From the NCBI GenBank assembly GCA_009914755.4, contig CP086569.2, forward strand, positions 13,152,001 through 13,216,000: DNA of 64,000 nt, in the 5' to 3' direction. Positions 24,473-41,008 of this stretch are shown one piece after another; within the stretch, counting starts at the first letter, position 1; every line of letters starts with the position of its first letter. Below the pieces are notes generated by a model. That model worked only from the letters and a program-made list of their open reading frames with translations, was not told where the DNA came from and searched no databases. Position numbers and translations under genes: made by a program. Origin of the DNA: the human T2T-CHM13v2.0 reference genome, Homo sapiens.

Positions 24473-24650
24473 TTTTTTGAGATGGAGTCTGCCTCCTGGG
24501 TTCAAGTGATTCTCCTGCCTCAGCCTCCTGAGTAGCTGGGACTACAGGCATGCACCACCAAGCTAGGCTAATTTTTGTATTTTAAGTAGAGACAGGGTTT
24601 CATCATGTTGGCCAGGCTGGTCTCAAACTCCTGACCTCAAGTGTTCTGCC
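24473..24650 (-). repeat. Alu SINE, internally deleted
   Basis: partial reverse-complement Alu. Confidence 0.75.
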
Positions 24651-25092
24651 GGTCTTTTGGCCAATTTTTAAAAGAACTCCTGCTGCCCCAAGCCCTGGGG
24701 CTCTTGGATGAATTTTCTCAGTGGCAAAACCTGCCCTGCAACATGCTGGCACAAGAGAATTGTCTCAATGTCCTGCCAAGCCTAAAAGCTTAAACTCAGA
24801 AAGCTTCTGTGTCCTGAATAAAGAAAGAGCCAATTAATCAAAATGAGCTGCCTCTTTTTTGACTGCAAAATGCAGAAACCACTGAATGACTAATGGTTGT
24901 ATTTAATTGGCAGTGGCAGAGGGGTTAGGACTAAGGGATATACAGCCAAATGCATTACAATGAAAGAAAAGCCCATCTGTAGTCTGCAAGTTACTACCCA
25001 TATTTGTACCTTAAAATAACACTAAGGACAAAATATAAACTCATTCCTCCTTAAACTCATTTTGCTCCAAAGCATGGATACTCTGGTCACAT

Positions 25093-25128
25093 ACTACACA
25101 CACTACACACACACACACACACACACAC
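25093..25128. repeat. (CA)n microsatellite
   Basis: cacacacacacacacacaca. Confidence 0.95.
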
Positions 25129-25136
25129 GTGCGTTC

Positions 25137-26397
<1,261 letters not shown>

Positions 26398-27446
26398 CAT
26401 ACGTTCTTGGTTAAGAAAGAAAAAGGAAGAAAGGGAGGGAGAGAAGAAAGAAGAAAGGGTATGAGAGTAACAGAGAGAAAACTTACCTACACTAAAATTG
26501 ATTTAGAATCAATTTCTCAATGCCTAAGCTGATCCATTGAGTTTCAGAATACAATAGGTCAAAGGATCTTTCAACTCTGCCCATTTCAACTAGAGGTTAA
26601 AAAAAAAAAAAAAGACTAAGAAAATGTGTCCAAACAAGCCTTCCCCAACTCACCTATCAGTTGTATTTTCTCTCTAATGTCTATGAACAGAACAGACAGG
26701 CTGTTCTGAAAAGGCTTTGCCTCTTCTGGCAGCTGCCTTGAATCATTACGAAAGCATTAGCCACTCCATCTCACCTCCCTCTTCTATGGGAGGGCTGGTC
26801 CATGCTAGGCTTACCCAGATTGTTCATCTTGATAATGTGCAAATGAGGCAATCTGCGCCCCGCATTTGCAATTCCTACTATGCATCCAGGAAAAGAAAAA
26901 AAAAAAAAAAACAGCACACCAACAACAAAACATTACATTCAGCGAAACACCTACAGCTTTTCTTGCTGATGCTGAATGTTCTTATCTGTGACAACCACCA
27001 AAGCCATTCATCACACCAGGATCAAGACTGGCTGTTTTGAGCCAGAGCAATCCCGTTTGATGTCCCTTGCGTTGCGGTGACCTCATGGTCTATAGCAGTG
27101 CCTCAGGGACATCTGTGCTTCCAATTAAAGGTGTGGGTGGGGTGGACAGAAATGGAAGGTCTTCCCTGTCGTTATATCTTAATAATATTCAACAAGACAA
27201 AGTGTGGGCAATAATTTGGAAGATGGTAGGTATACTGTTCATCAACACCCTGCCCCAAATGGATGGCTATTATATTAAACAGCACAGATGGAAAGCCAGA
27301 TAGTAACTCTCCCAGCATTTTAAATAAAGATTTGAAAATATCAGAGGGCATACATAACTGTCTCCCAACAAAACACCATTTTGTGAGATGGAACACTCCA
27401 TTAAACATGCTATTATATGATTCCGTAAACTCTAGAAACCAGATTT

Positions 27447-27839
<393 letters not shown>

Positions 27840-27958
27840 TAAAAGTACTTGGAGAGGAATTCTGAACTGGAATTGTCTAAAAACACCAAAAGAATATATG
27901 TTAAGGAGATGTGAACTTATTCCCTAGAATGAAAATTTACATACAAAGGGCACATGCA

Positions 27959-28266
<308 letters not shown>

Positions 28267-28548
28267 TAAAATACAAAGAATAAAAGTGTCTGTAATTCAG
28301 ATTTCCATGGCAGCTCCATGACCATTGGTTTGCAGTCTCATTGGTGAATTAGTTAAGTGACTCTGCTTTCCACAGATTCCTCTCCTCCCAGCTTCCAGGA
28401 CTCTCTTGATTCATTCTGTTTCTCCATGGAATGAGTATTCACTCTGAGGACTTCTTTCAGAATCCCTACTTATAATCACAAAAAGGTTTTCCACCTTCGT
28501 GCAACTGCTCATGGTAAAACCTTGGTTTCTAAAGAATTTACTAATCTC

Positions 28549-28877
<329 letters not shown>

Positions 28878-28910
28878 TGACTTTTCTGAGTCCATTTTAT
28901 GTTGACAAAA

Positions 28911-29232
28911 GCAAGAAGTAGCATGCCTGTGGTCCCAGCTACTGAGGAGACTGAGGCAGGGGATCGCTTGGGCCCAGAAGTTCTGGGCTATGGTGCACCA
29001 TGTTGATCGGATGTCTGCACTAAGTTCAGCGACTCCCAGGAGGAGAAGACTACCAGGCTGCCTAAGGCCAGGTGAACCACCCTAAGTCACAAAGGCAGCA
29101 GGTCAAAACTCCCGTGCTGATCAGTGGTGGAATCACATGTCTGAATAGCCACTGTACCCCACCCTGGGCAACACAGCAAGACCCTATCTCCTAAAAAAAA
29201 AAAAAAAAGAAAAAAAAGAAAAGAAAAAAGAA
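28911..29232 (+). ncRNA. 7SL (SRP) RNA-derived retropseudogene with A-rich tail
   Basis: contains 7SL S-domain not present in Alu: …gttctgggctatggtgcaccatgttgatcggatgtctgcactaagttcagcgactcccaggaggagaagactaccaggctgcctaaggccaggtgaaccaccctaagtcacaaaggcagcaggtcaaaactcccgtgctgatcagtggtggaatcacatgtctgaatagccactgtac… then poly-A. Confidence 0.8.
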
Positions 29233-30851
29233 ACAGTAGCATAGCCACACTTAGCTAAATTCTAAACTTTGGTTCCTGCTATCTAATCAGTCATGTCTAT
29301 TTAATGCAATAATGCCAATGCACACAACTGTCATAAGGGCAGGAAAAGAAAACAGTAGAACACACATTGAAAAGGAACAAACCTTTGACCAAACCAGGTG
29401 TTGTTTCTTGAGCAGTGTAAAGGCAGCCCTATTAAAGGTCATGATTTGCAATGTTCTGGCGTCCATTGAGTTGTTGTCGGGGTAGGGTGCTTGTGTCTGA
29501 ATTCACCCAAATTGTTCAGAAATGGCACTTGCCTGCCATCTCTGAAAGACATAGATGAATCTTAATACAGTCCTTGTACATAGCTTTTCTATGTTGTTTT
29601 TTTTTTCCAGTAGGACAAGAAATACATGAAAGACTTCATTGTCGTGCTGGTTATAGTGACCCAGTGAGGATAAAGCTCCCCTAAGGAAAATGATAGCAGG
29701 TCTATTTTATCAAAGTTTGCATTTATTTCAAAGGTTAGCATCTGGCCAGGAAATATAATGTTCCCTCTTCTAGGAAATAAAGTGAAATTGTAATAAATGC
29801 AATGTTTATCATCCACACGCCTACATTCCTGAAATTCTTGGAGTTCACTTTTCTCATGGGTGAAATCAAGATTGGCGTGTTATCTGTGCATAGCCTTTGA
29901 TGTAAAGATGATGATACTCCCTAGCCACATTCCCTAGACGATTTCAGCTGCCTCCTAATAAGACGTTCTGACTGTTACTCTTCAGAATTATGGGATGAAG
30001 AGGGCTCCATAAACCATCTCACTCAAATAGAATCAGAACCACTCACTCTTCCAGGAGCTGAAGGGAGATTTTAAGCAGATCACAGATGACCAAGTGTCCT
30101 AGTAATGTCAGAGTTTCTGGGGAAAAAAAAAACGCTAATAAAGAACAAAAGTGCTCCCTGCATTTGTGATGCAGGAGATAATTCTTGCTGAAGTGAAGCA
30201 AAACAGACAAATTTTTTTTGCTTCTCATTAATATAAATTTTGCTTAACAATATTCAGCTCCATAGAGGATATGACACATGTCATTTTGCAATAAGCAACT
30301 TGCTGAGGTGTTTTTATGAAAAAATATCCAGGGATCTATCAAATGATGGGCAACTGACTCTTTTACCCCAAAGCCAAAGTTCGTTTGTTCATGGAATATT
30401 TATAAAATCCCAGCTGAGCATCTGACTTCCAGGGTAGACTTTGGAGTCACAATGAATGGAATCAGAATAGCTCCTCTCTCAGCAGAGAGGATCAGTGTCA
30501 GTCGTGGCTATTAAAAAGTTCAATAAAGTGTCACAGACAACAAGCTTAATGTATCCTGGGTTGAAACAGACACAGGTTAGAAAGTGAAAGGAATTCTACC
30601 TAGGGTGATCGGAAGAGAATCATAGAAAAAGATCAATGTTCTCCCGTTTTCTAATAAAGCAGTCGGCCTGTCTACAAGAAAATTGAGTGAAGCAGATTTT
30701 GTTTAAGATTGAGATAAAGTCAGCACTGCCTCCATCTGTTTCAGGTTGGGTGGAGAGGGTCATTCTCTTCAACAAGATGTTGTTTTGATACGATCCAATA
30801 TGTTCAATTATTTTAAATGTCTAGACTAGACATTGAAATTAAGAATGATGC

Positions 30852-31175
30852 TTCCTCCGAGAGTGGTGGTTCATGCCTGGAATCCCACCACTTTGGGAGT
30901 TGAGGCAAGCAGATGGCTTGAGCCCAGGAGTTTGAGACCAGCCTGGCCAACAAGGCAAAACCCTGTCTCTACTAAAAATACAAAAATTAGCTGGGTGCGG
31001 TGGCACATGACTGTAATGCCAATTATTCAGGAGGCTGAGACAGGAGAATCACTTGAACTCAGGAGATGGAGTTTGCAGTGAGCCAAGATCGCACCACTGT
31101 GCTCCAGCCTGGGCAACAGAGGGAAACTTCATTTCCAAAACAAAAAAAAAAAAACCACACAAAACAAAAAAAAAG
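30852..31175 (+). repeat. Alu SINE
   Basis: Alu consensus + A tail. Confidence 0.85.
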
Positions 31176-31183
31176 GAATGATG

Positions 31184-31488
31184 GTGCGACCCAGCACAGT
31201 GGCTCACACCTGTAATCCCAATATCTTGGGAGGTTGAGGCAGGCAGATTGATTGAGCCTGGGAGTTTGAGACCAGCCTGGGCAACATAGAAAGACCCTGT
31301 CTCTACAAAAAATATTATACAAAAATTAGCCAGGCATGGTGGCACACACCTGTGGTCCCAGTTACTCAGGAGGCTGAGGTGGGAGGATCACTTTAGCTCA
31401 GGGGTTTGAGGCTGCAATGAGCTGTAATTCCGCTACTGTTCTACAGCCTGGTCAATAGAGCAAGACCCCATCTCAAAAAAAATTTGTT
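31184..31488 (+). repeat. Alu SINE
   Basis: Alu consensus + A tail. Confidence 0.9.
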
Positions 31489-32055
31489 TAATTAAAAATT
31501 TAGTCAAAAAGAATGATGCTGCATTTTTTTTCAAACCTTAAATCCAAGTAGTTTATTAGGGAGGTAATTGAGGCAGCATTGATCAGGGAAAGAGGAAGAG
31601 AGACAGGGAAAGGCAGGAAGCCAGTAGAGATTGTACTTATGAAGCAGCTTGCCACTGGGCTATTGAAGCTGAGTCTTGTGCAGAAACACTGAGATTCAGC
31701 GAGAGACCCTCAGAATTATCCAACCCAGGGACGATGAAGATGAGATATTTATCCTAGGATTCCTTTTCATCCTTCTGTCCCAGCACCTTTATTTGGTCTT
31801 CCATGCAGAGGCTGACAGCAGAGTCAATAGGACAATTTTGCCATGTGCTATGATGGCTAGGACTATGGGGCCATAAGCTGCATGTAGACAGCATTCACCA
31901 TATATACATATTTCTGTGTTAACTTGGAGGTTTCCTTGATCATTCTTTACACTTCCTGACTGGTTAACTTGAAGAAGAGGGATGAGGGGAAGCAGAAACC
32001 AGGCAATCTTGCTCAGCAATAGTTTGAAATAGGCATAGTTCACTCCCAAAAGTAG

Positions 32056-32379
<324 letters not shown>

Positions 32380-32404
32380 AAACATTGGATTTTAAGTGCA
32401 GTTT

Positions 32405-32697
<293 letters not shown>

Positions 32698-32835
32698 GAG
32701 CAGTTTCATGCATTGATCCTAAAGGTTGGATTTATTGCCAGCTTATCTAAACTTTCATGAATGCTTAGCGATTTGAATTCCATAGAGAAAAGCAGACAGC
32801 GCTAAAAGACTTCATGGGTTTTAAGAGGACACTTA

Positions 32836-32996
32836 GTCAGGCGCGGGGGCTCACACCTCTCATCCTAGTACTGTGGGAGGTCAAGGCAAGAGGATGGTTT
32901 GAGACAAGGAGTTTGAAACCAGTCTGGACCACATAGTGAGACCCTCCCCCATTTCAAGTAATGATAATAATAATAACAATTAATAATAATAATAGA
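32836..32996 (+). repeat. Alu left-monomer (FLAM-like) fragment with (TAA)n tail
   Basis: gtcaggcgcgggggctcacacc… then ataataataat. Confidence 0.7.
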
Positions 32997-33376
32997 GGGG
33001 GCTGATTGTAGGCTGCAAATTTTTTAATAAAGAAAATGGTCATTGTGGAGCCACCTTCCTGAGGAAAGGCATTTGTAAGAAGCTTGTGAGGAGACCCCCT
33101 AAGAACCAGGGGTGATGTCCCTTCAGGAAGAAAAGAACAGATCATCAATGCTGGGACCTTGGAGGTAGTAATAGAGAATTTGGATTTTATCTGACAGTGA
33201 AGGAGAGCTGCCCCATGATTTATAACCAAGGTCCATCCACTCTGGCTTGTGTTTCAATATCAATATACTTGACCAAGTACAGCATACACTATAAAGTGAG
33301 TGTGCAGCTGGGACCAGGAACAGGCATTCTTCCTTGAGAAACTACAGTGTGTCTCTGAAAAAATGTCCAGTACATA

Positions 33377-33658
33377 GGCTGGGTGCAGCAGCTCATGCTT
33401 ATAATCCCAGCACTTTGGGAGACTGAAGTGGGTGGATCACTTAAGTCCAGGAGTTCGAGATGAGCCTAGCCAACATGGTGAAACCCCCATCTCTACAAAA
33501 ATAACCTGGACATGGTGGCATGCACCTTTGGTCCCAGCTACTTGGAAGGCAGAGGAAGGAGAATCAATTGAACACGGGAGTTGGAGGCTGCAGTGAGCAG
33601 AGAAGGTGCCACTGCCTGGGTGACAGAATGAGACTTCATCTCCAAAAAAAAAAAAAAA
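33377..33658 (+). repeat. Alu SINE
   Basis: Alu consensus + A tail. Confidence 0.9.
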
Positions 33659-34027
33659 TTCAACAAGGTTGGCAATGCTGAGAAAGACTCCCTGCCAAAC
33701 AGGGAGGACTGGAAGGGGCTCTGCAGGACATCATTGAGTCTCTAATACTTTCCTACAGGGGTATTTGATGCCTTCCAAAAGTACGAGATACCCCATGGAA
33801 AGGCTAAATCTCAAAGGAGCAACCAAGTCAGGCCATGAGTAGGGACCCTTCTGTAACCAAGTTATGGCTTTCACACCAAAAAGCTGGGGCAAGGCAGTCT
33901 ACCACAAAAGCAAAATTCTCCAACCAACTCTCTCCCTTGTTTCTGGCTGCAACTCTGATCCTGGCTTCTAGACCCAGATAGGGTAGAAACCACCTTCTGT
34001 CTCCTCTGTTTCCTGCCCACTTTCTTT

Positions 34028-34341
34028 AAATTTATTTATTTATGTATTTATGTATGTATGTATTTATTTTCAGACAGGGTCTTGCTTGGTTGCCCAGTGT
34101 GGAGTGCAGTGGTGCTATCAAAACTCACTTCAACCTTGAATTCCTGGACTGCAGCAATCCTCCCACCTCAGCCTCCCAAGGAACTGGGACGCACCACCAT
34201 GCCTGATGAATATTTTAATGTTTTGTAGATATGAAGTCTTTCTATGTTGGCAAGGCTGGTCTTGAACTCCTGGCCTCCAGTGATCATCCCACCTTGGACT
34301 TCTTAAAGCTGGGATTACAAGCAGAGTCACTACACCTGGCC
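34028..34341 (-). repeat. Alu SINE with (TTTA)n-type tail
   Basis: reverse-complement Alu. Confidence 0.85.
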
Positions 34342-34805
34342 TCCTGTGCACTTTCTAGGTTTCTAGAAAGTAGGAGACCTTAAGAAGTCATGATTAAAGA
34401 ATACAACCCCCTCAGAGTTGATTTTGGCACTCCAACATTACCAAAGAGATAATCCTATAACATACAATCTAGAATTCCACTAAAATGGGGCCATGAGACT
34501 TAGCAAATAAAATTTCAGGGTGCCCAGGGAAATTCAAATTCCCATTAAGCAAGGAACAATTTTTTAGTACAAGTACATTCTAGACATTGCCTGAGGTACT
34601 TATACTGAAAAAACAAAAGTTCATTGTTTATCTGAAATTCAAATCCAATTAGGAGTCCTTTAACATGTCTGGCAACCATACACAAGGATGAAATATGGGT
34701 AAGATCAGTAAGACCAGTCCTTGTAATTCACTTGAAATTAGATAATATAGAATTGGTTAATGTAGTAGCTGACCTTATCGGGTGGAAGAAAACAAGATCG
34801 GACTA

Positions 34806-35122
<317 letters not shown>

Positions 35123-36481
35123 GAATAGACCCAATGACTACAGATACTTGAAAATACAGGTTGACTGCAAATTTAATGAAAATATATTTTGTCTTTAGAC
35201 TGTGAACTCATTTTCTATTGCTACAGGAAACAATGACCCCAAACTTAGGAAATTAACACAACACAGCATTATCTCATAGTTTCTGTGGGCCAAGAGTCTG
35301 GGGACAGCCATGTTTTCTGTTTCGGTTTCAGGGGGCTGGAGCCAGAGTGTTAGCAAGGTGTGCTCCTTACTGAAAGCTCTGAGGATGTGTCTACGTACAA
35401 GCATATTTAAATGGTAGAGAGGATTCAGTTGCTTATGGTTGTAGGACTGATGTCTCTGTTTCCTTACTGGCTGTGAGCTACAGTTTCTCTTAGCTGTGCT
35501 GAGATTCGATCAGACTGGTGGGAAAAACATTAGTTATCATAGCCACAAAACCCTTTTGGATGGCCTGAGAGTTTTCACATGACTTCGGTGAAAGTGGCCT
35601 GGTCCCATTACTTTACTTAAATAGATTAAAGTAGTAAACACCAGGGATGTGGGGAAGCTATCTAGCTAGCTTGTTTACTCATGATCTTAAAATTAACCTT
35701 TGATGTACCCTGGGTGCTTAAGTGCTTTTTACTTTGGAAGTCCACAATGTCAATTACCCTCTAATGGTATTGACTCAAGCTTTTGTTAATTAATCTTACT
35801 GAATAAATGTTAGTCTGACTACCTGTTCAATGCTGGAACTGCAACTGTTTACCAGACTCAGCAGGGAGTCTGTAAGTGGCTAGGACCCTCAGCCGGACTG
35901 GCAGAATAGAATATCTGTGTGTCAGTGCACGTTTATTCATCTGCCGCTGAATCAGGGGTCTGCAGGAACAGATCCCTCGCAGCCAGTGAGCCCACAAAAG
36001 GAGTGCTGCCTCAGGGTCCTAGAAGCTATCCACATTTTCATGCTTTTTTATGGTGCATTGACTCCCTCTCATATTCTAAATCTATCTGAATTCCTCTTCA
36101 AGCAATGTGAGGTAAAGGACTGTCACCCCCAAATTCCCTACACTGTCCCCTATGGTTGGTGTGCAGCACCAATCACACAATGACAGTGGCAGATTGCAGC
36201 AATGATCGCCCGATAATTTACCCCTTTTTCCATCCACATCTTGGCCACAGGGCTCTTCTACAGGGTCCTCTTGCCCCAAGCTTAGGCACATGATTTGGCT
36301 CACCATTGGGTTATTAGAAAATGGGATAAGCAAAGCCTCATGACACATGTATGGGGGAAACTGAAATGCATATGGCTCGTGAAAGAAGCCAGTCCCAAAA
36401 GTCTACATACTGTGGGCTTCCAACTCGAGGAAATTCTGAAAATGGCAAAAGTATGGAGACAGTAAAAAAGATCAGGGGTTA

Positions 36482-36768
36482 GTCTGGCACAGTCGCTCAT
36501 GCCTATAATCCCAGCACTTTGGGAGGCTGAGGTGGGTGGATCACTTGAGGCCAGGAGCCAAGACCAGCCTGGCCAAGATGGTGAAACCCTGTCTCGTCTA
36601 AAAATACAAAAATTAGCTAGGTGTGGTGGTGCATACTGTAATCCCAGCTACTCGGGGATGGTGAGGCACAAGAATCTCTTGAGCCTGGGAGGCAGAGGTT
36701 GCAGTGAGCTGAGATCCCACCACTGCAGTCTGGCCTGGGTGACAGAGTGAGACCCTGTTTCAAAAAAA
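36482..36768 (+). repeat. Alu SINE flanked by 16-bp target-site duplication aaaaagatcaggggtt
   Basis: TSD seen at 36466-36481 and 36769-36784. Confidence 0.9.
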
Positions 36769-37038
36769 AGATCAGGGGTTGGAGAAAGGAAAGCATGAAC
36801 AGGTGAAGCACAGAGAATTTTTAGGGCAGTGAAACTGCTCTGTGTAATACTACAATGGTGGATTCATGTCACCATACATTTGCCCAAATCCATAAAATGA
36901 AAAACACCAAGAGTGAACCCAATGTAAACTATGGACTCTGGGTGATGGCAACATGTCAACGTGGGTTTATCAATTTCAACAAATACACCACTGTAGGGGG
37001 GATGTGGATACTGGGGGAGGCTGTGCAGGTATGGGGGC

Positions 37039-37463
37039 TGTGGGTGTAAGGTCAGCTGAGAGAAAGGATGAGGAGACCCAAACTCAGGCAAGCAAGCTTT
37101 ATTGAGTCATTAGAGGAGGCAGCCTGGCTTACAGACTATAGCAGGATTTTATAGGGCCAGAACCAGGTCGGGGTGGGGGAGCTGAGTCGGGGGTGCAGAA
37201 CAACTGGGTCGGGGTCGGGGAGCTGGGTCAAGGGTACAGGTGTCTTGACTGCACCCTGCAGAAGTTTTTTGCCAGCTGTGTTATGCGAGGTTAACAAACA
37301 TGTTAACCACAACCTGTAACCGTCTGGACAAACAGTTACTGGAGGGGTCACTGAAGGAGGGGTTTGTCTTTTGCCCTGGGGGAGTTGTGTGGAGAGCGCA
37401 AGAGACTGTATTGTAAGGCCTGTGGGAGGGGAAGGGAACAGTCTGGTTGGGGTGACCTTGACA
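37039..37463 (-). repeat. 3' LTR of HERV-F-like provirus
   Basis: aligns with 43114-43565; minus-strand start TGTCAAGG…, polyA signal caataaagcttgc. Confidence 0.7.
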
Positions 37464-39346
37464 TTTTAGCCTTTTAATAGATAATAGGAAAAGAGGCACC
37501 ATTTTTCATCTGGCTACTTTGAGCTGAGAGGGGGCAGTAGTTAGGGAAAAGGCTGGAAGGTAGAGGTTGGTCCTGGTACTGTTTTGAAATTGGTGCTATT
37601 CTTGTAGTAGCATCACATCTTGTATGGTTTCGTGGGTAAAAGTTGGGACGCGGTTCTGTAAAAACTGAGTAAAGAGACATAAGAGGCAGGGCGCAAAAAG
37701 TAGGAAAAGGAGAACGGTTATGATGGGTCCTACGAGTGGGAGTAACCAGGAGGCCTAAGAGCTGAGAGACCAAGGGGGCCAAGAGGGCCAGGCAGAGGAG
37801 CTGGTTGGTTTTTTTTGGTTTGTTTTTCGTTTTTTGTTTTTGGACAGGGTGGGGGAGCTTGGTCTTTTAGTTTTTGACTGCATCCTGAACCAGGCCTGAC
37901 AAATTGAAACAGAAGCAACATTCCTCATCTACGAAGATGTGGAGACCTCCTTTTTCTGCAGTAAGTAAATTAAGGCCTTTGCGGTTTTGTAGGGTAACTG
38001 CTGCTAGGGAGTCTAGTTGGTTTTAGAGGTGGGTAATAGAGTCTGCAATTTTTTTTTTCTTTCAGGAAAGCTGGTAAGTCTGTAGAGAGTGCCGGGAAAT
38101 ATGATAATGAGGTTCCTCTTAACTGGTGTGTAGGAATAGATGGAGAGCAGAGGGCCCCTTGGGAGGAACTGACTGAGCATAAATGATAGTTTGAGGTTAT
38201 GTTTTTTAGTAAGATAAAAAGGTGGGGGAAGAGAAATATGGGTGAAGGAGAAGGTACAGGGGGTGCACACCAACATGGAAAGATTGGTGAAGGGATGATA
38301 GAATTTTTTGTTTGTTTGTTTGTTTCTTTGTTTGTTTGGTGGAGGATGAGTTTTTCATTTTTGATTATCTAGTTCCTTTGGAAGGAGGTTCCTTGTTGTA
38401 GTAGTGATGCTTTCTTTTTAGTGGGGGAATATTGGGTTTGGATTGTAGGGGTTATGAGGAGGAGAGAGACAGGGGCAGAAGAAAGGGAGACTTTTTTGGC
38501 TTCCTTATTGGCTTTCATGTTTCTTCCTGAGATTTTATCTGATCCTGTTTGATGTCCTTGACAGTGTATAACCCTTGCTTTGGTTGGAAGGTGTGCAGCC
38601 TGAAGGAGTTGGTAAATAAGGGGGCCATTAGTAATGGGGGTTCCTTTGGTAGTCAGGAATACTGTCTTTTGCCAGATGGCAGTGTGGGAATGAAGGATGT
38701 GATATGCATATTTGGAGTTTGTATAAATGTTGACTTGTTTGCCTTTGGAAAGGGTTAAGGCTCAGGTGAGAGTTATAAGTTCTGATTTTTGGGAGGAGGT
38801 TCTGGAGATAGGCGTCAGGCTTTAATTACTTAGTCAAAAGAAGCAAGTGCATATCCAGCAATTTTGGGGGAGCCACTGGGCCTGAAAGAGGAGCCATCTA
38901 TGAATAGCTGGTTATTGGGGTTGGTGAAAGGCTTGGAGGAAATGTTTGCGAAGTATAGTTGCAGGTGGTCTAAGATGCCAATGCAAGAATGACTAGGAAG
39001 GGAAAAGGATACGAGGAGTAAGGATGCTGGGTTGAGAGGAGCACTTTTGGCAAGGCAGAATTTGGGATTTTTGCTAAAGAAGTCATGGAGTAATTGAATC
39101 CAGGAAGGAGGAGGAGAGCTTAATGCTTGGGAGGAGAGATCTTATAGATTATGAGGACTGTAGACAGTGGTATTTTGGCTGAATGTTAGTGTCCTGCTTT
39201 CTACAGCTAAAATGGTTGCTGCTGTTAGTGCTCTAAGACAGATTGGCCACCCTTTGAATGTGCTGTTGAGTTGTTCAAAGAGGTAGGCTATAGGAGCAAA
39301 GGAAGGGGGATCTTCTTTTTTGTTGTCTTAAGAAACAAAGGGCTAT

Positions 39347-39628
39347 TCACTGGTTTTGGGCAGTATAGAGAGTGAAAGTTTGGGAGATAGTAGGTAAGGA
39401 CAGAGCCAGTGCAGTGATAAGATCAGTTTGGAGTTCACAGAAGTTGGGGAGTATGTTATGTGAGGAGTTTAGGGGTATATTGAAGGGGCCTTTGGCTGCT
39501 TTATAAAGGGGGTGAGCTAGGAGGGCAAAGTTGGGAATCCATATTTTTAAAAGCCTGATAGCCCTAGGAAGGAAAGGATTTCGCTTTTTGAGGAAGGTGG
39601 AGATAGGCTGTCTATTAAGGCTGCCCAT
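39347..39628 (-). pseudogene. pol reverse transcriptase (thumb/connection) fragment
   Basis: ORF …LKIWIPNFALLAHPLYKAAKGPFN… ~ MLV …[21 protein letters not shown]…. Confidence 0.75.
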
Positions 39629-40308
39629 GCCAGGGTCATTGCTTGGGACCCAAGGGAGAGTTGAACTTCTAAGTAGGTCACACGGTAGGGATGGAAAGCT
39701 GTGCTTTGAAGGGGGAGACCCTATAGCCTTTATTAGTAAGGAAATTGAGAAGGGTAGCAGTGTGAGTTTGGGAGTTTTTTAGGGAGGGGCTACAGAAGAG
39801 GAGGTCATCTACATATTGAAGAAGGCAGCTGGGGAAAAAGATCCAAGGAGGTGGGGTTTTGAGCTAGGGCTTGCCTGAAGAAATGAGGGCTATCCCTGAA
39901 GCCCTGAGGGAGGACAGTCCACATGAGTTGTGTCTGTAGGTTGTCAGGGACAGTCTGAGTGAAAGCAAAATGGTTTTGGGAATCAGGGTGTAGGGAAATG
40001 GTGAAGAAGGCATCTTTCAGGTCAACTGCGGTGTAGTAGGTGATGTTGGAGGGGACAACAGAGAGACGTGTATAGGGGTTAGAGACTACAGGATGAATAG
40101 GGAGGACAGGCTGACTGATAGCTCAGAGGTCCTAAATGAGTTGGTATGAGCCATCAGATTTTTTAATAGGGAGGATAGGGGTGTTATATGGACAGTGTGT
40201 TGGTTTAAGAACATTGCGTGAGCAGAGCTTGTTTATGATGGGTGGCAAGCTCTTTTGTGTGTTAGGGAAACAGGGTATTGGGGAAAGTTGGGAAATTTAG
40301 AGGGGTCT

Positions 40309-40597
40309 CTTTTTTTCAAGACGGAGTCTCACTGTGTCATCCAGTCTGGAGTGCACTGGTGCGATCTCGGCTACTGCAAGCTCCGCCTCCCAGGTTCACG
40401 CCATTCTCCTGCCTCAGCCTCCTGAGCAGCTGCAACTACAGGCACCTGCCACCATGCCCGGCTAATTTTTTGTATTTTTAGTAAAGACAGCACTTCACCC
40501 TGTTAGCCAGGATGGTCTGGATCTCTTGATCTCGTGATCCACCCACCTCGGCCTCCCAAAGTGCTGGGATTACAGGCATGAGACACTGCGTCTGGCC
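40309..40597 (-). repeat. AluY SINE inserted into provirus, 11-bp TSD tagaggggtct
   Basis: gttagccaggatggtct / cacgccattctcc diagnostics; TSD at 40298-40308 and 40598-40608. Confidence 0.9.
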
Positions 40598-40609
40598 TAG
40601 AGGGGTCTT

Positions 40610-41008
40610 TTAACTGAATTTTGATGGGGTCCTGGTGAGCAGCTGTGGAAGGGGTGGTGGTGTAACACAGTACTGGGTTAATGAGGGAGGTGGGTAGCGG
40701 GTGCTGGGGAGGGGGCTCAGGGGCCGGACTAGCAGAGAGGAGCAGGAGAGACTCTGGTTGAGGGGACAGGAAAAGGTGATAGAAGCTTTGAATTTGGCTA
40801 AAATATCTTGGTCTAGGATGGGGGTGGGGCAATGAGGCATGATAAGGAAGGAGTGTGAAAAAATATTATTAAATAGGGAACAACTAAGAGATTCAGTAGC
40901 ACACAGACACAAGATGAGTCCCTCAACCCCCACAACAGAGACCTGGGAAGGGTAAGTGGGTCCTAAAAATTCAGGTAAAGCCGAATAGGTAGGTGGCCCC
41001 ACTATCAA
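40610..41008 (-). pseudogene. protease region (active-site motif degraded)
   Basis: …SFLIMPHCPTPILDQDILAKFKASITFS… ~ MLV PR …[28 protein letters not shown]…. Confidence 0.6.
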
